A stretch of 64,000 nucleotides of DNA, from NCBI GenBank assembly GCA_016839765.1, contig JAEOTP010000015.1:93474-157473 (forward strand), given 5' to 3'. The notes beneath the pieces are model-generated. The model did not search any database and was not told the origin of the DNA. It worked only from the letters and a program-made list of their open reading frames with translations. Every line of letters begins with the position of its first letter. The stretch's first letter is position 1. Both the position numbers and the translations under genes were made by a program. This document shows, in pieces, positions 39,147 through 48,666 of the stretch. The DNA is from Promethearchaeota archaeon. GTDB lineage: Archaea; Asgardarchaeota; Lokiarchaeia; Sigyniarchaeales; SOKP01.

Positions 39147-40244
39147 ATGTCACCAGAAATCTACCATGAAAATGATGGAAATTTATCATTCTTAGACGGA
39201 AAACTTATAGGAATGATTGGATATGGAAATCAGGGAAGATCACAAGCATTGAACATGAGAGATGCTGGATTGAAAGTAATTGTTGGTAATAGAGATGATG
39301 ATTATAAGAAAAGAGCAGAAGATGATGAATTTGATACCTATTCAATTGCAGAAACTGTAAAGCTTGCAGATTACTTATTTCTTCTAATCCCTGATGAAAT
39401 TATGAAAGATGTCTATAAAAGTGAAATGCTCTCAAATCTTAAAGAAAAGCAAGCAATAATTTTTGCAAGTGGTTATAATATTGCTTTTGACTTGTTAGAG
39501 CCTCCAGAAAACATTGATGTTTTATTAATTGCTCCAAGAATGATAGGGATCGGGGTTAGAGAACGGTTTTTAAATAAAAAAGGATATTTTAGCTTTATAG
39601 GAGTGCATCAAGATGCTTCAGGTAAGGCAAAAGAAATTTTATTAGCTTTAGCAAAAGCAGTTGGTGCTCTTAGTAAAGCAGGAATTGAAACTAGTTTTAA
39701 ACAAGAAGCAGTTCTCGATCTTTTTACAGAACAAGCATTTGGTCCCGGTTTTGGTCAAATTTTAATGAATTCTATTAATACGCTAGTAGGAAAAGGATAT
39801 CCCCCAGAGGCAGTTTTTGTAGAGTTAGTTTACTCTGGAGAAATGAGTTATACATATGAAAAAATGACGGAAGTTGGTTTGATAAATCAAATGAATTACC
39901 ATTCTCAAACATCCCAATATGGATCAATAAGCCGTGCGATTAAATTTCGAAAAGTATCTAAAGATATAAAAGAACTGCAACAAGATGTACTTGAAAACAT
40001 TGAAAGTGGTGAGTTTGCTAAAGAATGGGAGGGTAAATTAAGTAAAATTAAATTTAAGTTATATAAATTCTTCAGAACTAAAATTCCATTTGCTAAATTA
40101 GAAAATAAAGCACGAAAGAACCTTGATCTTCCCATAGTCGATCTATTTGAGGATATACCTTATCCTAAAGAAGAAGTGATTAAAGAATTTGAGGAAATAG
40201 AAAAAGAAATCGAAGATTTTAAGGAATTTTACAAAGATTTTTAA
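39147..40244 (+). CDS. ilvC: Ketol-acid reductoisomerase (class I)
   Basis: GMIGYGNQGRSQALNMRDAGLKVIVG Rossmann/NADPH motif and a knotted C-terminal domain. No other ilv genes are adjacent. Confidence 0.85.
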   Translation: MSPEIYHENDGNLSFLDGKLIGMIGYGNQGRSQALNMRDAGLKVIVGNRDDDYKKRAEDDEFDTYSIAETVKLADYLFLLIPDEIMKDVYKSEMLSNLKEKQAIIFASGYNIAFDLLEPPENIDVLLIAPRMIGIGVRERFLNKKGYFSFIGVHQDASGKAKEILLALAKAVGALSKAGIETSFKQEAVLDLFTEQAFGPGFGQILMNSINTLVGKGYPPEAVFVELVYSGEMSYTYEKMTEVGLINQMNYHSQTSQYGSISRAIKFRKVSKDIKELQQDVLENIESGEFAKEWEGKLSKIKFKLYKFFRTKIPFAKLENKARKNLDLPIVDLFEDIPYPKEEVIKEFEEIEKEIEDFKEFYKDF

Positions 40245-40528
40245 TTTTTATAAATTAGTTTTTAAAATTTTCTTCTTATAATTCCTTTTCTATTGTTTTA
40301 AATTAAAAATATGGCTTTTATTTAACAACTCTTTTAATCAAACGGTCGAAACTTATAAATATGTCGTTTTTTATATTATAATCGATTAGAGATTTATCAG
40401 AGATTTTTAGTTAATGCCATTAGTTTATTAGGATTTAATGGTTTAAGGGTAATCTTCGGAGAAATCGATCAAAAGCAAAAAATTGATAAAATTAAATCAT
40501 ATTTTCAAGAATATTTTGGAGGTATGAA

Positions 40529-40744
40529 ATGTCTTTATTCGCAACTACAAAAAAGGATGAGTTAATGCTAAGTAAATTTATTGATTGGGACAAGTTTGAA
40601 AATTGCTTTTACAATAATATCTATTTAGATGATTATAAGATTGTAGTTAAAATGCCTTTAATTCCAAGAAAAAATTCTAAAAAAGATATAAAAATTAAGA
40701 AATTTGATTTAACTAAATATATTTACCTTGTTTCTTATGATTAG
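40529..40744 (+). CDS. Hypothetical small protein
   Basis: 71-aa ORF preceded by GGAGG about 7 nt upstream. No family recognised. Confidence 0.3.
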   Translation: MSLFATTKKDELMLSKFIDWDKFENCFYNNIYLDDYKIVVKMPLIPRKNSKKDIKIKKFDLTKYIYLVSYD

Positions 40745-40790
40745 TATATATTTAGAACCCAATCTTATTAAGAAGAAATTTTGAGTTAAA

Positions 40791-40919
40791 TTAGTTAATT
40801 AGTTTTTTCTCTCTAAGATATTTATTCCAACATGAAAAGCAGATATAATCTCCGCCCTCATATTTAACTAAATCTTTAGTAGATCTAATCATTCCGCACT
40901 TTTTGCATTTCTTTTTCAT
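40791..40919 (-). CDS. Small (42 aa) zinc-ribbon protein, below the ORF-track length cut-off
   Basis: Own translation of the minus strand: MKKKCKKCGMIRSTKDLVKYEGGDYICFSCWNKYLREKKLIN*. Contains CxxC...CxxC. Confidence 0.35.
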   Translation of the reverse strand: MKKKCKKCGMIRSTKDLVKYEGGDYICFSCWNKYLREKKLIN

Positions 40920-41033
40920 AAATAAAATGAATCTTATTTTTAAATTAACTCTAAGATATCTAATATCTTACATTTTTTAATTTTTCTGGAATTATATTTG
41001 TATGAATCTTAAGTTTTATAAAAAAAAGCGTAA

Positions 41034-41134
41034 GGATCCATAGTTCGAGCAAAAATTATAAGGTTTAGAAATAATTAAGCATTTCTGCTTAATAGAGGGC
41101 GAAATCCAATGTTTAGCTCGAGTTAATGGAATCC
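41034..41134. other. Imperfect long inverted repeat enclosing a perfect hairpin: candidate structured RNA or miniature element
   Basis: GGATCCATAGTTCGAGC (41034-41050) pairs with GCTCGAGTTAATGGAATCC (41116-41134), giving about 16 pairs, two 1-nt bulges and two G-T wobbles. The inner hairpin is TTAAGCA-tttc-TGCTTAA (41075-41092). The region is non-coding and locally more GC-rich. Confidence 0.25.
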
Positions 41135-41342
41135 TTCCGTTTCTTAATTAGATCTCTGTTTGTATATTGTTAAAGTTTATTTAAAAAAAATATTTTACGT
41201 GATGATAGAACGGAATATTAGTTCCTTGCGACAAAAATCTCAAAACAGCTTCAATTTTGGCAAAGAGCAGAATTGTATGATAAATGAAAATGAATAATGT
41301 AATCTTTTTTAGGTGAACCTAGATTTTTTTTAAATATATATA

Positions 41343-41906
41343 TTGATCACAGGTCATATTAGTTTGAATGTAGATGAGTGGTTGAATAAAAAAGCTGAAC
41401 TTATTTTAAAAGAAATTGGAATTAAAGCAGGCTTTAAAGTATTAGATTTTGGCTGTGGTTCAGGTATTTATACTACGATTATTTCCAATATTGTAGGAAA
41501 TAAAGGTAAAGTCTATGCTCTTGATTATGCTGATGATAAACTGCAAGAATTAAATTCTAAGATTAAATCCTATAAACTGGAAAACATTGAAATAATTAAA
41601 ACCTCAAGAGAAATATCTTTTCCTTTTCAAGATAGCTATTTGGATGTAATATTACTTTATGACGTATGGCATCTTTTAAGCGATAATGAGCGATTAGAGT
41701 TTTTGAAAGAAACTAAACGTGCTTTAAAAAAAGGAGGATTTGTCTCTTATTTAGCTACTCATTTGCATGATCCTAATGTAAGCGTGGAAAAAGTTCATAA
41801 TTTAATGAAAGAAAATGATTTAATATTGTTAGAAAAATTCAATAAACCAATGTTTCATTGGAGTTGGATTGAAGAATATCAAATTTTTAATTATTATAAA
41901 AAGTGA
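41343..41906 (+). CDS. Class I SAM-dependent methyltransferase
   Basis: Motif I VLDFGCGSGIYT, post-I VYALDY, motif II-like ILLYDVWH. TTG start. Confidence 0.75.
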   Translation: MITGHISLNVDEWLNKKAELILKEIGIKAGFKVLDFGCGSGIYTTIISNIVGNKGKVYALDYADDKLQELNSKIKSYKLENIEIIKTSREISFPFQDSYLDVILLYDVWHLLSDNERLEFLKETKRALKKGGFVSYLATHLHDPNVSVEKVHNLMKENDLILLEKFNKPMFHWSWIEEYQIFNYYKK

Positions 41907-42107
41907 TATATTAATTTTATTTCTTTTTAGTTTTGTTACTTCTCCTAGTCTTTCTAACTCATTTAAGATTTTTAGATTTAACATCATTTCTGATGCTTCA
42001 ACGATAACTATTGCATCAAGAAATTCAATCCTATGAAGATACTTTTCAAATGTTTTAATATATTCTTTAAATGTTTCTTCAATAATGATCAAATTGAATA
42101 TAGTCAA
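41829..42107 (-). CDS. Questionable small ORF
   Basis: 92-aa ORF. The first ~67 codons lie in the otherwise empty 355-nt spacer and the 3' end overlaps the convergent methyltransferase by 78 nt. No family recognised. Confidence 0.25.
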   Translation of the reverse strand: MTIFNLIIIEETFKEYIKTFEKYLHRIEFLDAIVIVEASEMMLNLKILNELERLGEVTKLKRNKINISLFIIIKNLIFFNPTPMKHWFIEFF

Positions 42108-42270
42108 TGTTTAATCGATCTTAATGATTCTTCCATAAATTGGACAATAGAATTATTTGAATGGTATTGGAAGAGAGAAAAAATCTGAAAGCTTTTATTA
42201 AGAGAGAACTTTAATCCGTTAATTAAAACGATTTTGACTATTCTGAATTAATAAAAATAAATTGGTTCTT

Positions 42271-42807
42271 ATGCCTAAAAATAAAAAAAAAATTTTAAAA
42301 AAGATAATAAGAATCGAGCTTGAAATGTTTGAAAATGTTAGAACTAGTCAACCCTCTTTATGTCAAGAAAACCCTGTGACATTTAAGTTAATGAGGGAAA
42401 TGAATCATAGTGCCTTATCTTATAGCGTACTTAAATCATATCTTGAAGATTTAAAAACTGCAAAGTTAATAGGAAGGAACTTAATGACTGAAAAATATGC
42501 TCGCATGAATAATATTATCCCCCCACTTAAAGTTAATCCATTAATCCAAAAAATTGTTTCTGTAGAATCAGATTGGATGAATGAGTTATCAAATCGATAT
42601 CCATTAAGTATAAATCATAAACCAGAATATTTTAATAGATATCTCTCATGTGAGTTAGAAACTTATTCTGATAGATCAATTGAATTATATGAAAATAATA
42701 TTGAATTAGCAAAAAAAAGTGGCATAAGTTTAGCAAAAGTAAGATTTGATTATCTTATTAAAAAATTGGGGTATTGCTCTTTAGAAGAATTCGAATCCAA
42801 AAGATAA
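42271..42807 (+). CDS. Hypothetical protein
   Basis: About 178 aa from the ATG at 42271 (track ORF opens at the TTG at 42262). Helical composition. No family recognised with confidence. Confidence 0.55.
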   Translation: MPKNKKKILKKIIRIELEMFENVRTSQPSLCQENPVTFKLMREMNHSALSYSVLKSYLEDLKTAKLIGRNLMTEKYARMNNIIPPLKVNPLIQKIVSVESDWMNELSNRYPLSINHKPEYFNRYLSCELETYSDRSIELYENNIELAKKSGISLAKVRFDYLIKKLGYCSLEEFESKR

Positions 42808-42983
42808 TTAAAGACATAGGTTAATTAATCTTTTACTTTTTATTTATCGAATAAATATCAAAACAACTTTTAAAAAACTACTGAAATACATTTGATTGTT
42901 ATGATTTATTAAACCTACTTTTATTATTCCTATTCTATCAGTATAATTAAATGATTTTAATTTAATTTATGTTTTGATGAGTT

Positions 42984-43583
42984 ATGTTTGAAACAGATAT
43001 GGTAAAAAAGAGTTATAATAAAATTGCTGCGTCTTATTATTCACATAGAGATTTAAACAAGTTTAATGGTGAATTGGATAAATTTATTGATCTTTTACCT
43101 AAGAATGGGCATGTATTAGATGTTGGATGCGGTGCTGGAATCCCCACAGGAAAATATTTAGTAAGTAGAGGGTTAAAAGTGACTGGTATAGATATTTCAG
43201 ATACAATGCTTGAGATGGCTAGAAAAAATGTACCAGAAGGCAATTTTATTAATAAAGATATGAATAAACTTGATTTTAATGAAAATTCATTTGATGGCAT
43301 TATTTCTGTTTATGCCTTATTTCATGTTCCAAAAAAGAATCATCCGAATATTTTTAAACAATTTTTTAAAATACTAAAACCTGGTGGAATTTTGCTAATT
43401 AATACGGGAACTTCTGAGTCTGAAGGATTAAGTAAATTTTTTGGGGAATCTATGTTTTGGAGTAATTATGATCCTAAGAAGACATTGGAAATAGTTAAAT
43501 CAGTTGGATTTTCAATATTATTTGAAGGTGTTCTTGTTAGAGGTGGTGAATTCCAGTATTGGATTTTTGCCAAAAAACAATAA
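42984..43583 (+). CDS. Class I SAM-dependent methyltransferase
   Basis: Motif I VLDVGCGAGIPTG, then GIDISD, and FDGIISVYALFHV followed by LKPGGILLI. Confidence 0.8.
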   Translation: MFETDMVKKSYNKIAASYYSHRDLNKFNGELDKFIDLLPKNGHVLDVGCGAGIPTGKYLVSRGLKVTGIDISDTMLEMARKNVPEGNFINKDMNKLDFNENSFDGIISVYALFHVPKKNHPNIFKQFFKILKPGGILLINTGTSESEGLSKFFGESMFWSNYDPKKTLEIVKSVGFSILFEGVLVRGGEFQYWIFAKKQ

Positions 43584-43597
43584 GCTTTAAAAAAAAT

Positions 43598-44383
43598 CTA
43601 ATTTAACTTTAACAAGGCATCTTCAATCGCTTTTCTTAGTATACTTTTCTCTATTTCTGGGCCTATTTCTAGCATATTGCCATTCACATAGATTCTTCGA
43701 GAAATCCCATATTGCTCTAATATTGATTGGTCCACTGCCGAAAATTCATTAAGAATAACATTATTTCCAAATTCTGAAACAACTTCTCGCACTCTTTGTT
43801 CCTCAATGTCACTTGTTAAACAAAATCTATTCCAAAATAGATCTACAATAACTTTTCCTTTCTCTGGTTTAAATTTATATTTTTCTTCTCGGAAATGAGG
43901 AGGTTCAACTTTTTCATCAAATTTTTTCCAAAATATTGCTTCTTCGCCTCTTTTTTCTGCTACTTTAAAACCTAACTTTAGAAAAAAACTAGCTGGCATA
44001 AACCAGAAATCCCAAAAGTAACCAATTGTTGCAATTCCTCTTCGTTTTTGTTTATAAGTTTCTTCTTCTGCTGCCTTAATCAATGCTTTTCCTACACCTT
44101 TGTCAGAAAATTTCGAGTGCGCCACTAAGCATGGAAAAACCATTAAATCTTTACCTTGAATTTGCCAAGGATTAATTTCAATAGGCATAATATATAAAAA
44201 TCCTGCATGAAGATCACCTAAAAGAGCTACTTTAACTTTCAATCCATATTTTTCCATACTTCTAAGCCAAGATATACGGCGTGGAGCGGACTTTTCTCTT
44301 TCAATATTATTTTCATTTACATGAGTACAGGTACCAACGTAATACTCATCAACTTTAGTCATATCTCGAATAATGATTTGCAT
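43598..44383 (-). CDS. GNAT acetyltransferase domain fused to a C-terminal thioredoxin-like segment
   Basis: GNAT motif A-like DKGVGKALIKAAEEE. The C-terminal ~90 aa (KVIVDLFWNRFCLTSD...YGISRRIYVNG) resembles a glutaredoxin/thioredoxin-like fold. Confidence 0.6.
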   Translation of the reverse strand: MQIIIRDMTKVDEYYVGTCTHVNENNIEREKSAPRRISWLRSMEKYGLKVKVALLGDLHAGFLYIMPIEINPWQIQGKDLMVFPCLVAHSKFSDKGVGKALIKAAEEETYKQKRRGIATIGYFWDFWFMPASFFLKLGFKVAEKRGEEAIFWKKFDEKVEPPHFREEKYKFKPEKGKVIVDLFWNRFCLTSDIEEQRVREVVSEFGNNVILNEFSAVDQSILEQYGISRRIYVNGNMLEIGPEIEKSILRKAIEDALLKLN

Positions 44384-44426
44384 TTGGAATGATTCCTACA
44401 TTTATTTAAATTAGTTTAATGTTTCA

Positions 44427-45920
44427 TTATAGTTCTAATTTTGATAGAAATCTAGGCGGTTTACGTATCCTTGTTGCTTGTTCAAAAGAATACGCGATTT
44501 TAAGTAATTTTGGCTCCTGAAAAGCACCACCAAAAAATGAAATACCAACTGGTAAACCAAACACATAACCTACTGGAACTGTTATATTGGGATACCCCGC
44601 AACTGCTGCAGCAGAAGAGCTTCCTCCAGTGAAATGATCTCCATTAACATAATCGATTGGCCAGGCAGCTCCTCCACTTGGAGCTATAATAGCATCTAAT
44701 TGATACTCCTTTAAAACTGCATCAATTCCTTCATCTCGAGCTAAACGATGACATTTTTCTAACGCTTTTTTATACTCATCACTCGTTAGGGGGCCTTTTT
44801 CGCTTGCCATAATGAATATTTCTTGTCCAAAATAAGGCATAACATTCTCTTGATGTTCTTTGTTAAACTGGATAATATCATCTATATTCTTTATAGAATT
44901 AATTGGTCCATATTTGGCTAAATACTCATTCAAATCATGTTTAAAATCAAATAAAAGGAGTTCAAATTCGGGATCCTCTAAATCATCAATAGTTTTAATT
45001 TCGATTGGATCTATTATTTCTGCTCCGAGTTCCTTCATTTTCTTAATTGCTTCCTCTATAATCATATCTATACGATCATTTTTACCAAAATAATTTCGAG
45101 CAACGCCAATTCTTGCTCCATTCAAGCCATGAGGATCTAAAAATTTCGTATAGTCTGAAGGAATTTCTTTTTTATGCTTTATGGTGCTTAAATCATTAGG
45201 ATCAACCCCTGCTATTATACTCAATAAAATTGCAGCATCTCGAACGGTTCTTGCCATAGTTCCAGCGGCATCTTGATTATGTGAAATTGGAATAATTCCA
45301 GTTCGACTAACTAATCCGACAGTTGGTTTAATTCCTACAATTGAATTAACATGTGAAGGACAGATAATCGATCCATCAGTTTCAGTTCCTATGGCTACCG
45401 AACATAAATTCGATGCTACTGCAACAGCAGACCCAGAACTTGATCCACATGGGCTTCTATCCAATGAATAAGGATTAAGAGTCTGTCCTCCTCGACTACT
45501 CCAACCGCTAGTAGAGCGCGTTGAACGGAAATTTGCCCATTCACTTAAATTTGCTTTTGCGAGAATTATTGCCCCTGCTTCTCGTAATTTTTTAACAATA
45601 AACGCATCTTCTGAAGTATTATGGCCTTCAAAGGCTAATGACCCTGCAGTTGTTTGCATTTTATCTGCAGTGTTAATGTTATCTTTAATAATAACCGGAA
45701 TACCATGTAAAGGTCCACGGACTTTTTTATTTTTCCATTCCTTATCTAAATTTTCTGCAATTTCTAATGCTTCTGGATTAATTTCAATTATTGAATTTAA
45801 TTTGGGACCAGATTTATCAATTTCATGAATACGAGTTAAGTACATCTTAGTTAGTTTCCTAGCAGAGATTTTCCCTTTTTTCATTAAAGCTTGAATTTCA
45901 GTAATACTAAATTCCTTCAT
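44427..45920 (-). CDS. Amidase-signature family amidase
   Basis: GIPVIIKDNI and the AS signature GGSSSGSAVAVASNL...GTETDGSIICPS. Confidence 0.85.
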   Translation of the reverse strand: MKEFSITEIQALMKKGKISARKLTKMYLTRIHEIDKSGPKLNSIIEINPEALEIAENLDKEWKNKKVRGPLHGIPVIIKDNINTADKMQTTAGSLAFEGHNTSEDAFIVKKLREAGAIILAKANLSEWANFRSTRSTSGWSSRGGQTLNPYSLDRSPCGSSSGSAVAVASNLCSVAIGTETDGSIICPSHVNSIVGIKPTVGLVSRTGIIPISHNQDAAGTMARTVRDAAILLSIIAGVDPNDLSTIKHKKEIPSDYTKFLDPHGLNGARIGVARNYFGKNDRIDMIIEEAIKKMKELGAEIIDPIEIKTIDDLEDPEFELLLFDFKHDLNEYLAKYGPINSIKNIDDIIQFNKEHQENVMPYFGQEIFIMASEKGPLTSDEYKKALEKCHRLARDEGIDAVLKEYQLDAIIAPSGGAAWPIDYVNGDHFTGGSSSAAAVAGYPNITVPVGYVFGLPVGISFFGGAFQEPKLLKIAYSFEQATRIRKPPRFLSKLEL

Positions 45921-46087
45921 TTCTTTATATCCTTTTGAAAATAATCTTTTATTATCTCTATTTTAAAAAAAGTTAATGAAAATATGATAAATTTTAAAAA
46001 TCTCTTGAAATCTACAATAGTTTCCCACCTTGTTTCTGAATAAAAAGACTCCTATAAGATTTTACAAGAACTAATTCAATTATTTGT

Positions 46088-46549
46088 TTATTCCTTAATT
46101 CTATCCTTTAATTCTTCAAATGCTTTTTTCCAAGCGTTTTCAAAGAAATTTCGAGCTTCTTGCCATTCTTGTGTTTTTCTCCAGCCTGTATGAAAAAAAT
46201 GTATATTTGTGTTATTCGGGTTAAAATCGCTAACAGAAAAAAATACTATAACATGAGTTAACGGATCAGCAGAATTCATAAAGGATTTGAATTGTACAGG
46301 ACCTTTCCAATCAAATGAAATAAATTTATTTAACTCAATTCCAGTAACTTTACAACCGATAGTGCTATTATCTTGGGGATTGCTTGGGTCCCAAAAAAGC
46401 TCATATTTTCCTCTATTTTTTGGTTCTACATCAGCCTTCTCAGTCAACCAAGATTCCAATAAATTATTTTCTGTAAACATCTTAAATGCTGTATGGATAT
46501 CACAATTTAATTCTTCTTTAATCATAACGATATTTTCTATATCAAACAC
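46088..46549 (-). CDS. SRPBCC/AHSA1-like (START-fold) protein
   Basis: 153 aa. LESWLTEKADVEPKNRGKYELFW...VTGIELNKFISFDW is typical of the AHSA1/SRPBCC ligand-binding fold. Confidence 0.6.
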   Translation of the reverse strand: MFDIENIVMIKEELNCDIHTAFKMFTENNLLESWLTEKADVEPKNRGKYELFWDPSNPQDNSTIGCKVTGIELNKFISFDWKGPVQFKSFMNSADPLTHVIVFFSVSDFNPNNTNIHFFHTGWRKTQEWQEARNFFENAWKKAFEELKDRIKE

Positions 46550-46702
46550 CTATCAATTATTATTTGCATGTTTACATCTCTTTTAATAGGCTATATAAAT
46601 CTCAATAGTTAAAATATTTATTACATATTAGATTGATAGTCCATTAGTAATCTAAAAATCATTTTATTTATATCTTTAATTGAATTTTAGGTGTGAGTTC
46701 TT

Positions 46703-47494
46703 ATGAGTAACCAAGATCTTATTTTATATGAAATAAAAGGGCGTATTGCTACGATTACAATTAATAGGCCTGATAAGGCTAACTCGTGTAATTTTGCAAT
46801 GTTGAAAAAGATTCATGGGAGTTTAATTGATGCGGATAAAAATGAGAAAATTAAGTGTATATTAATTAAGAGTACAGGGGATAGGTTCTTTTCTGCGGGA
46901 TATGACCTAAAAGAAATTCAAGGATCTCCTGAAAATGCTAAAATGATCCAAGAATGGGGAAGAAAAGTTAATGAAGCGATTGTTCTATTAAAGAAGCCTG
47001 TGATTGTGCAAGTTCAAGGTATTGCCGTTGGTTTCGGAGTATTAATAACCTTGGCGTCAGACTTACGAGTGTTTGCGGATAGACCTAAGGACAAGTTGTA
47101 TTTAAGGCTTCCGGAAATAGCTATATCCGCCTTTCCACAAACTGGAGCTACCTTCCTTCCTTTAATAGCATTTGGATTAACTTACGCAAAAAATCTTCTA
47201 TTCACTACTGATAAAGTAGGGATACAAGAATTGCAAAATATTAATTTTCCAACCCGAGTGTTTCCACCAGAAAAACTTGAAGAAGAAACTCTTACTTTTG
47301 TAAAGCAATTAACTAAATATCAAACAGAATTCTTATTTTTTATAAAATCGATGTTAGCAATCATGAATAAAAGATATATTAAATCATTTTTCGATTTAGA
47401 AGATGAATGTGGGAAAGTTGCTTATGATACAGAAAAAAAATCCATGAAGGAACTTGATGACTTTATAAAGGGTTTACATGAAAAATATTCATAA
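46703..47494 (+). CDS. Enoyl-CoA hydratase/isomerase (crotonase) family protein
   Basis: ITINRPDKANS, FSAGYDLKE, VQGIAVGFGVLITLASDLR. Confidence 0.8.
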   Translation: MSNQDLILYEIKGRIATITINRPDKANSCNFAMLKKIHGSLIDADKNEKIKCILIKSTGDRFFSAGYDLKEIQGSPENAKMIQEWGRKVNEAIVLLKKPVIVQVQGIAVGFGVLITLASDLRVFADRPKDKLYLRLPEIAISAFPQTGATFLPLIAFGLTYAKNLLFTTDKVGIQELQNINFPTRVFPPEKLEEETLTFVKQLTKYQTEFLFFIKSMLAIMNKRYIKSFFDLEDECGKVAYDTEKKSMKELDDFIKGLHEKYS

Positions 47495-47666
47495 TCTTTT
47501 TTGAAGTAATTAATAAAAAACTTTTTTTATTTTTTTTATCAGATTTTTTTTATCAGATTTTCTATCTTTTCAATAATCTAATATTGAAAATAAATTTGAT
47601 ATTATTTTTGGTGTTTAAATAACACTCTGTTTGTATTTAAAAAGGTTTAATTTAAAAAATTAATAA

Positions 47667-48551
47667 ATGCTAAATGGAAGAACCATAGAGGATTTTAATA
47701 AATTTAAATCTGTTTTTTATGAAAAGATATCTGAGATCTATGGTACACACGATTGGATTGCTGATAGAGCTATTTTTATTCTTTATAACCAATTTCCAAA
47801 TGACTTATTGATAAGCTCTATCCGTCATAATATAAATCACATGCGAGTGTATTATTTATATGGAACTGAATTACCTGATCATATGACAAATCCTTTTAAA
47901 TCTATTAAGATCACAACTGATTATGGAACTACATTAACAGAAGAAGATTTTTATAAGAGTCATAGTGTAATAATGCTTCCAAATGGTTGTATCAGTAAGA
48001 GAAGAAGAGGTTTGTTTAAGTCAGCTGAGTTGATTGAAAAAGTTTATAATAAAAATATTAATTTAAGAAAGGATTTTCAAGTTGCTTCCTTGTATCTAGG
48101 CTTTATTAGTCATTTAATTGGAGATGCTTGTTATATCCATCATGTCTATGAAGCTCCTGATGAATCAATAGGGCAACAAACTAAAGGTGAAATCTTAAAG
48201 AGAACTAGAAATACTCCAGAAGATATTTTGTGGCCTAATACAAAATCGATAAGAAATTATGAATTAGCTAAAAATGAATTTAATGGACAAATGTATTCAT
48301 TAGAAAAAATTCTTTTTTATTGTGTTTGGCATACTTTTTTTGGAAAACCACATAGATGTGGTGCATTCCAAAATATTATTATTCCTGATTGGAAATGGTA
48401 TTCTACTATTAAAATCCAAGAGGTAAATAAATTAAAAGATTCATTCTTATACAGAAAATGGTGGGAGGGTATTGAGATTCACCTCAACCTAGCTATTTTT
48501 TACACTGCTGCTGCAATAAATAGTTTAAGATGTTTAGAAAAAATTTCTTGA
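47667..48551 (+). CDS. Hypothetical protein, possibly zinc-dependent phospholipase C/P1-nuclease-like
   Basis: 294 aa. GTHDWIADRAIFIL near the N-terminus and ISHLIGDACYIHHV mid-protein loosely resemble His/Asp metal ligands of that fold. Weak assignment. Confidence 0.35.
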   Translation: MLNGRTIEDFNKFKSVFYEKISEIYGTHDWIADRAIFILYNQFPNDLLISSIRHNINHMRVYYLYGTELPDHMTNPFKSIKITTDYGTTLTEEDFYKSHSVIMLPNGCISKRRRGLFKSAELIEKVYNKNINLRKDFQVASLYLGFISHLIGDACYIHHVYEAPDESIGQQTKGEILKRTRNTPEDILWPNTKSIRNYELAKNEFNGQMYSLEKILFYCVWHTFFGKPHRCGAFQNIIIPDWKWYSTIKIQEVNKLKDSFLYRKWWEGIEIHLNLAIFYTAAAINSLRCLEKIS

Positions 48552-48584
48552 CTTTTTAAAATAAATTTTACAAAAATAGATATG

Positions 48585-48592
48585 TTTAAATA
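48585..48592 (+). promoter_or_regulatory. Putative TATA box of the PadR operon
   Basis: TTTAAATA, 75 nt upstream of the padR ATG. The palindrome lies about 30 nt downstream, where the transcription start would be expected. Confidence 0.35.
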
Positions 48593-48622
48593 TAAATTGA
48601 ACTTATATTCTCATATGGAATG

Positions 48623-48636
48623 GTCTCATATGAGAC
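48623..48636. promoter_or_regulatory. Perfect 14-bp palindrome GTCTCATATGAGAC; candidate PadR operator
   Basis: Read directly. An extra half-site, TCTCATATG, occurs 15 nt upstream (48609-48617). The palindrome ends 30 nt before the padR ATG (48667). Confidence 0.45.
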
Positions 48637-48666
48637 TATATTATTTAGTGATTTATTAATATAGAA

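Noticed and set aside
39147-40244. IlvC appears about 25-30 aa longer at the C-terminus (acidic tail ...EEVIKEFEEIEKEIEDFKEFYKDF) than typical class I enzymes, and no ilvBN/ilvD is adjacent
   Set aside because: The length difference is small and cannot be judged without an alignment. Isolated ilvC genes are common.
41199-41260. Possible C/D-box sRNA: GTGATGA (C-box-like) at 41199-41205
   Set aside because: No CTGA D or D' box occurs at the expected spacing downstream, and there is no terminal stem. A single 7-mer match is expected by chance.
47531-47558. Perfect 14-nt tandem duplication TTTTTTTATCAGAT x2 after the crotonase gene
   Set aside because: It is a short T-rich duplication in a 3' spacer. 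It is most simply explained as oligo-T termination signals or replication slippage, and is not a repeat array.
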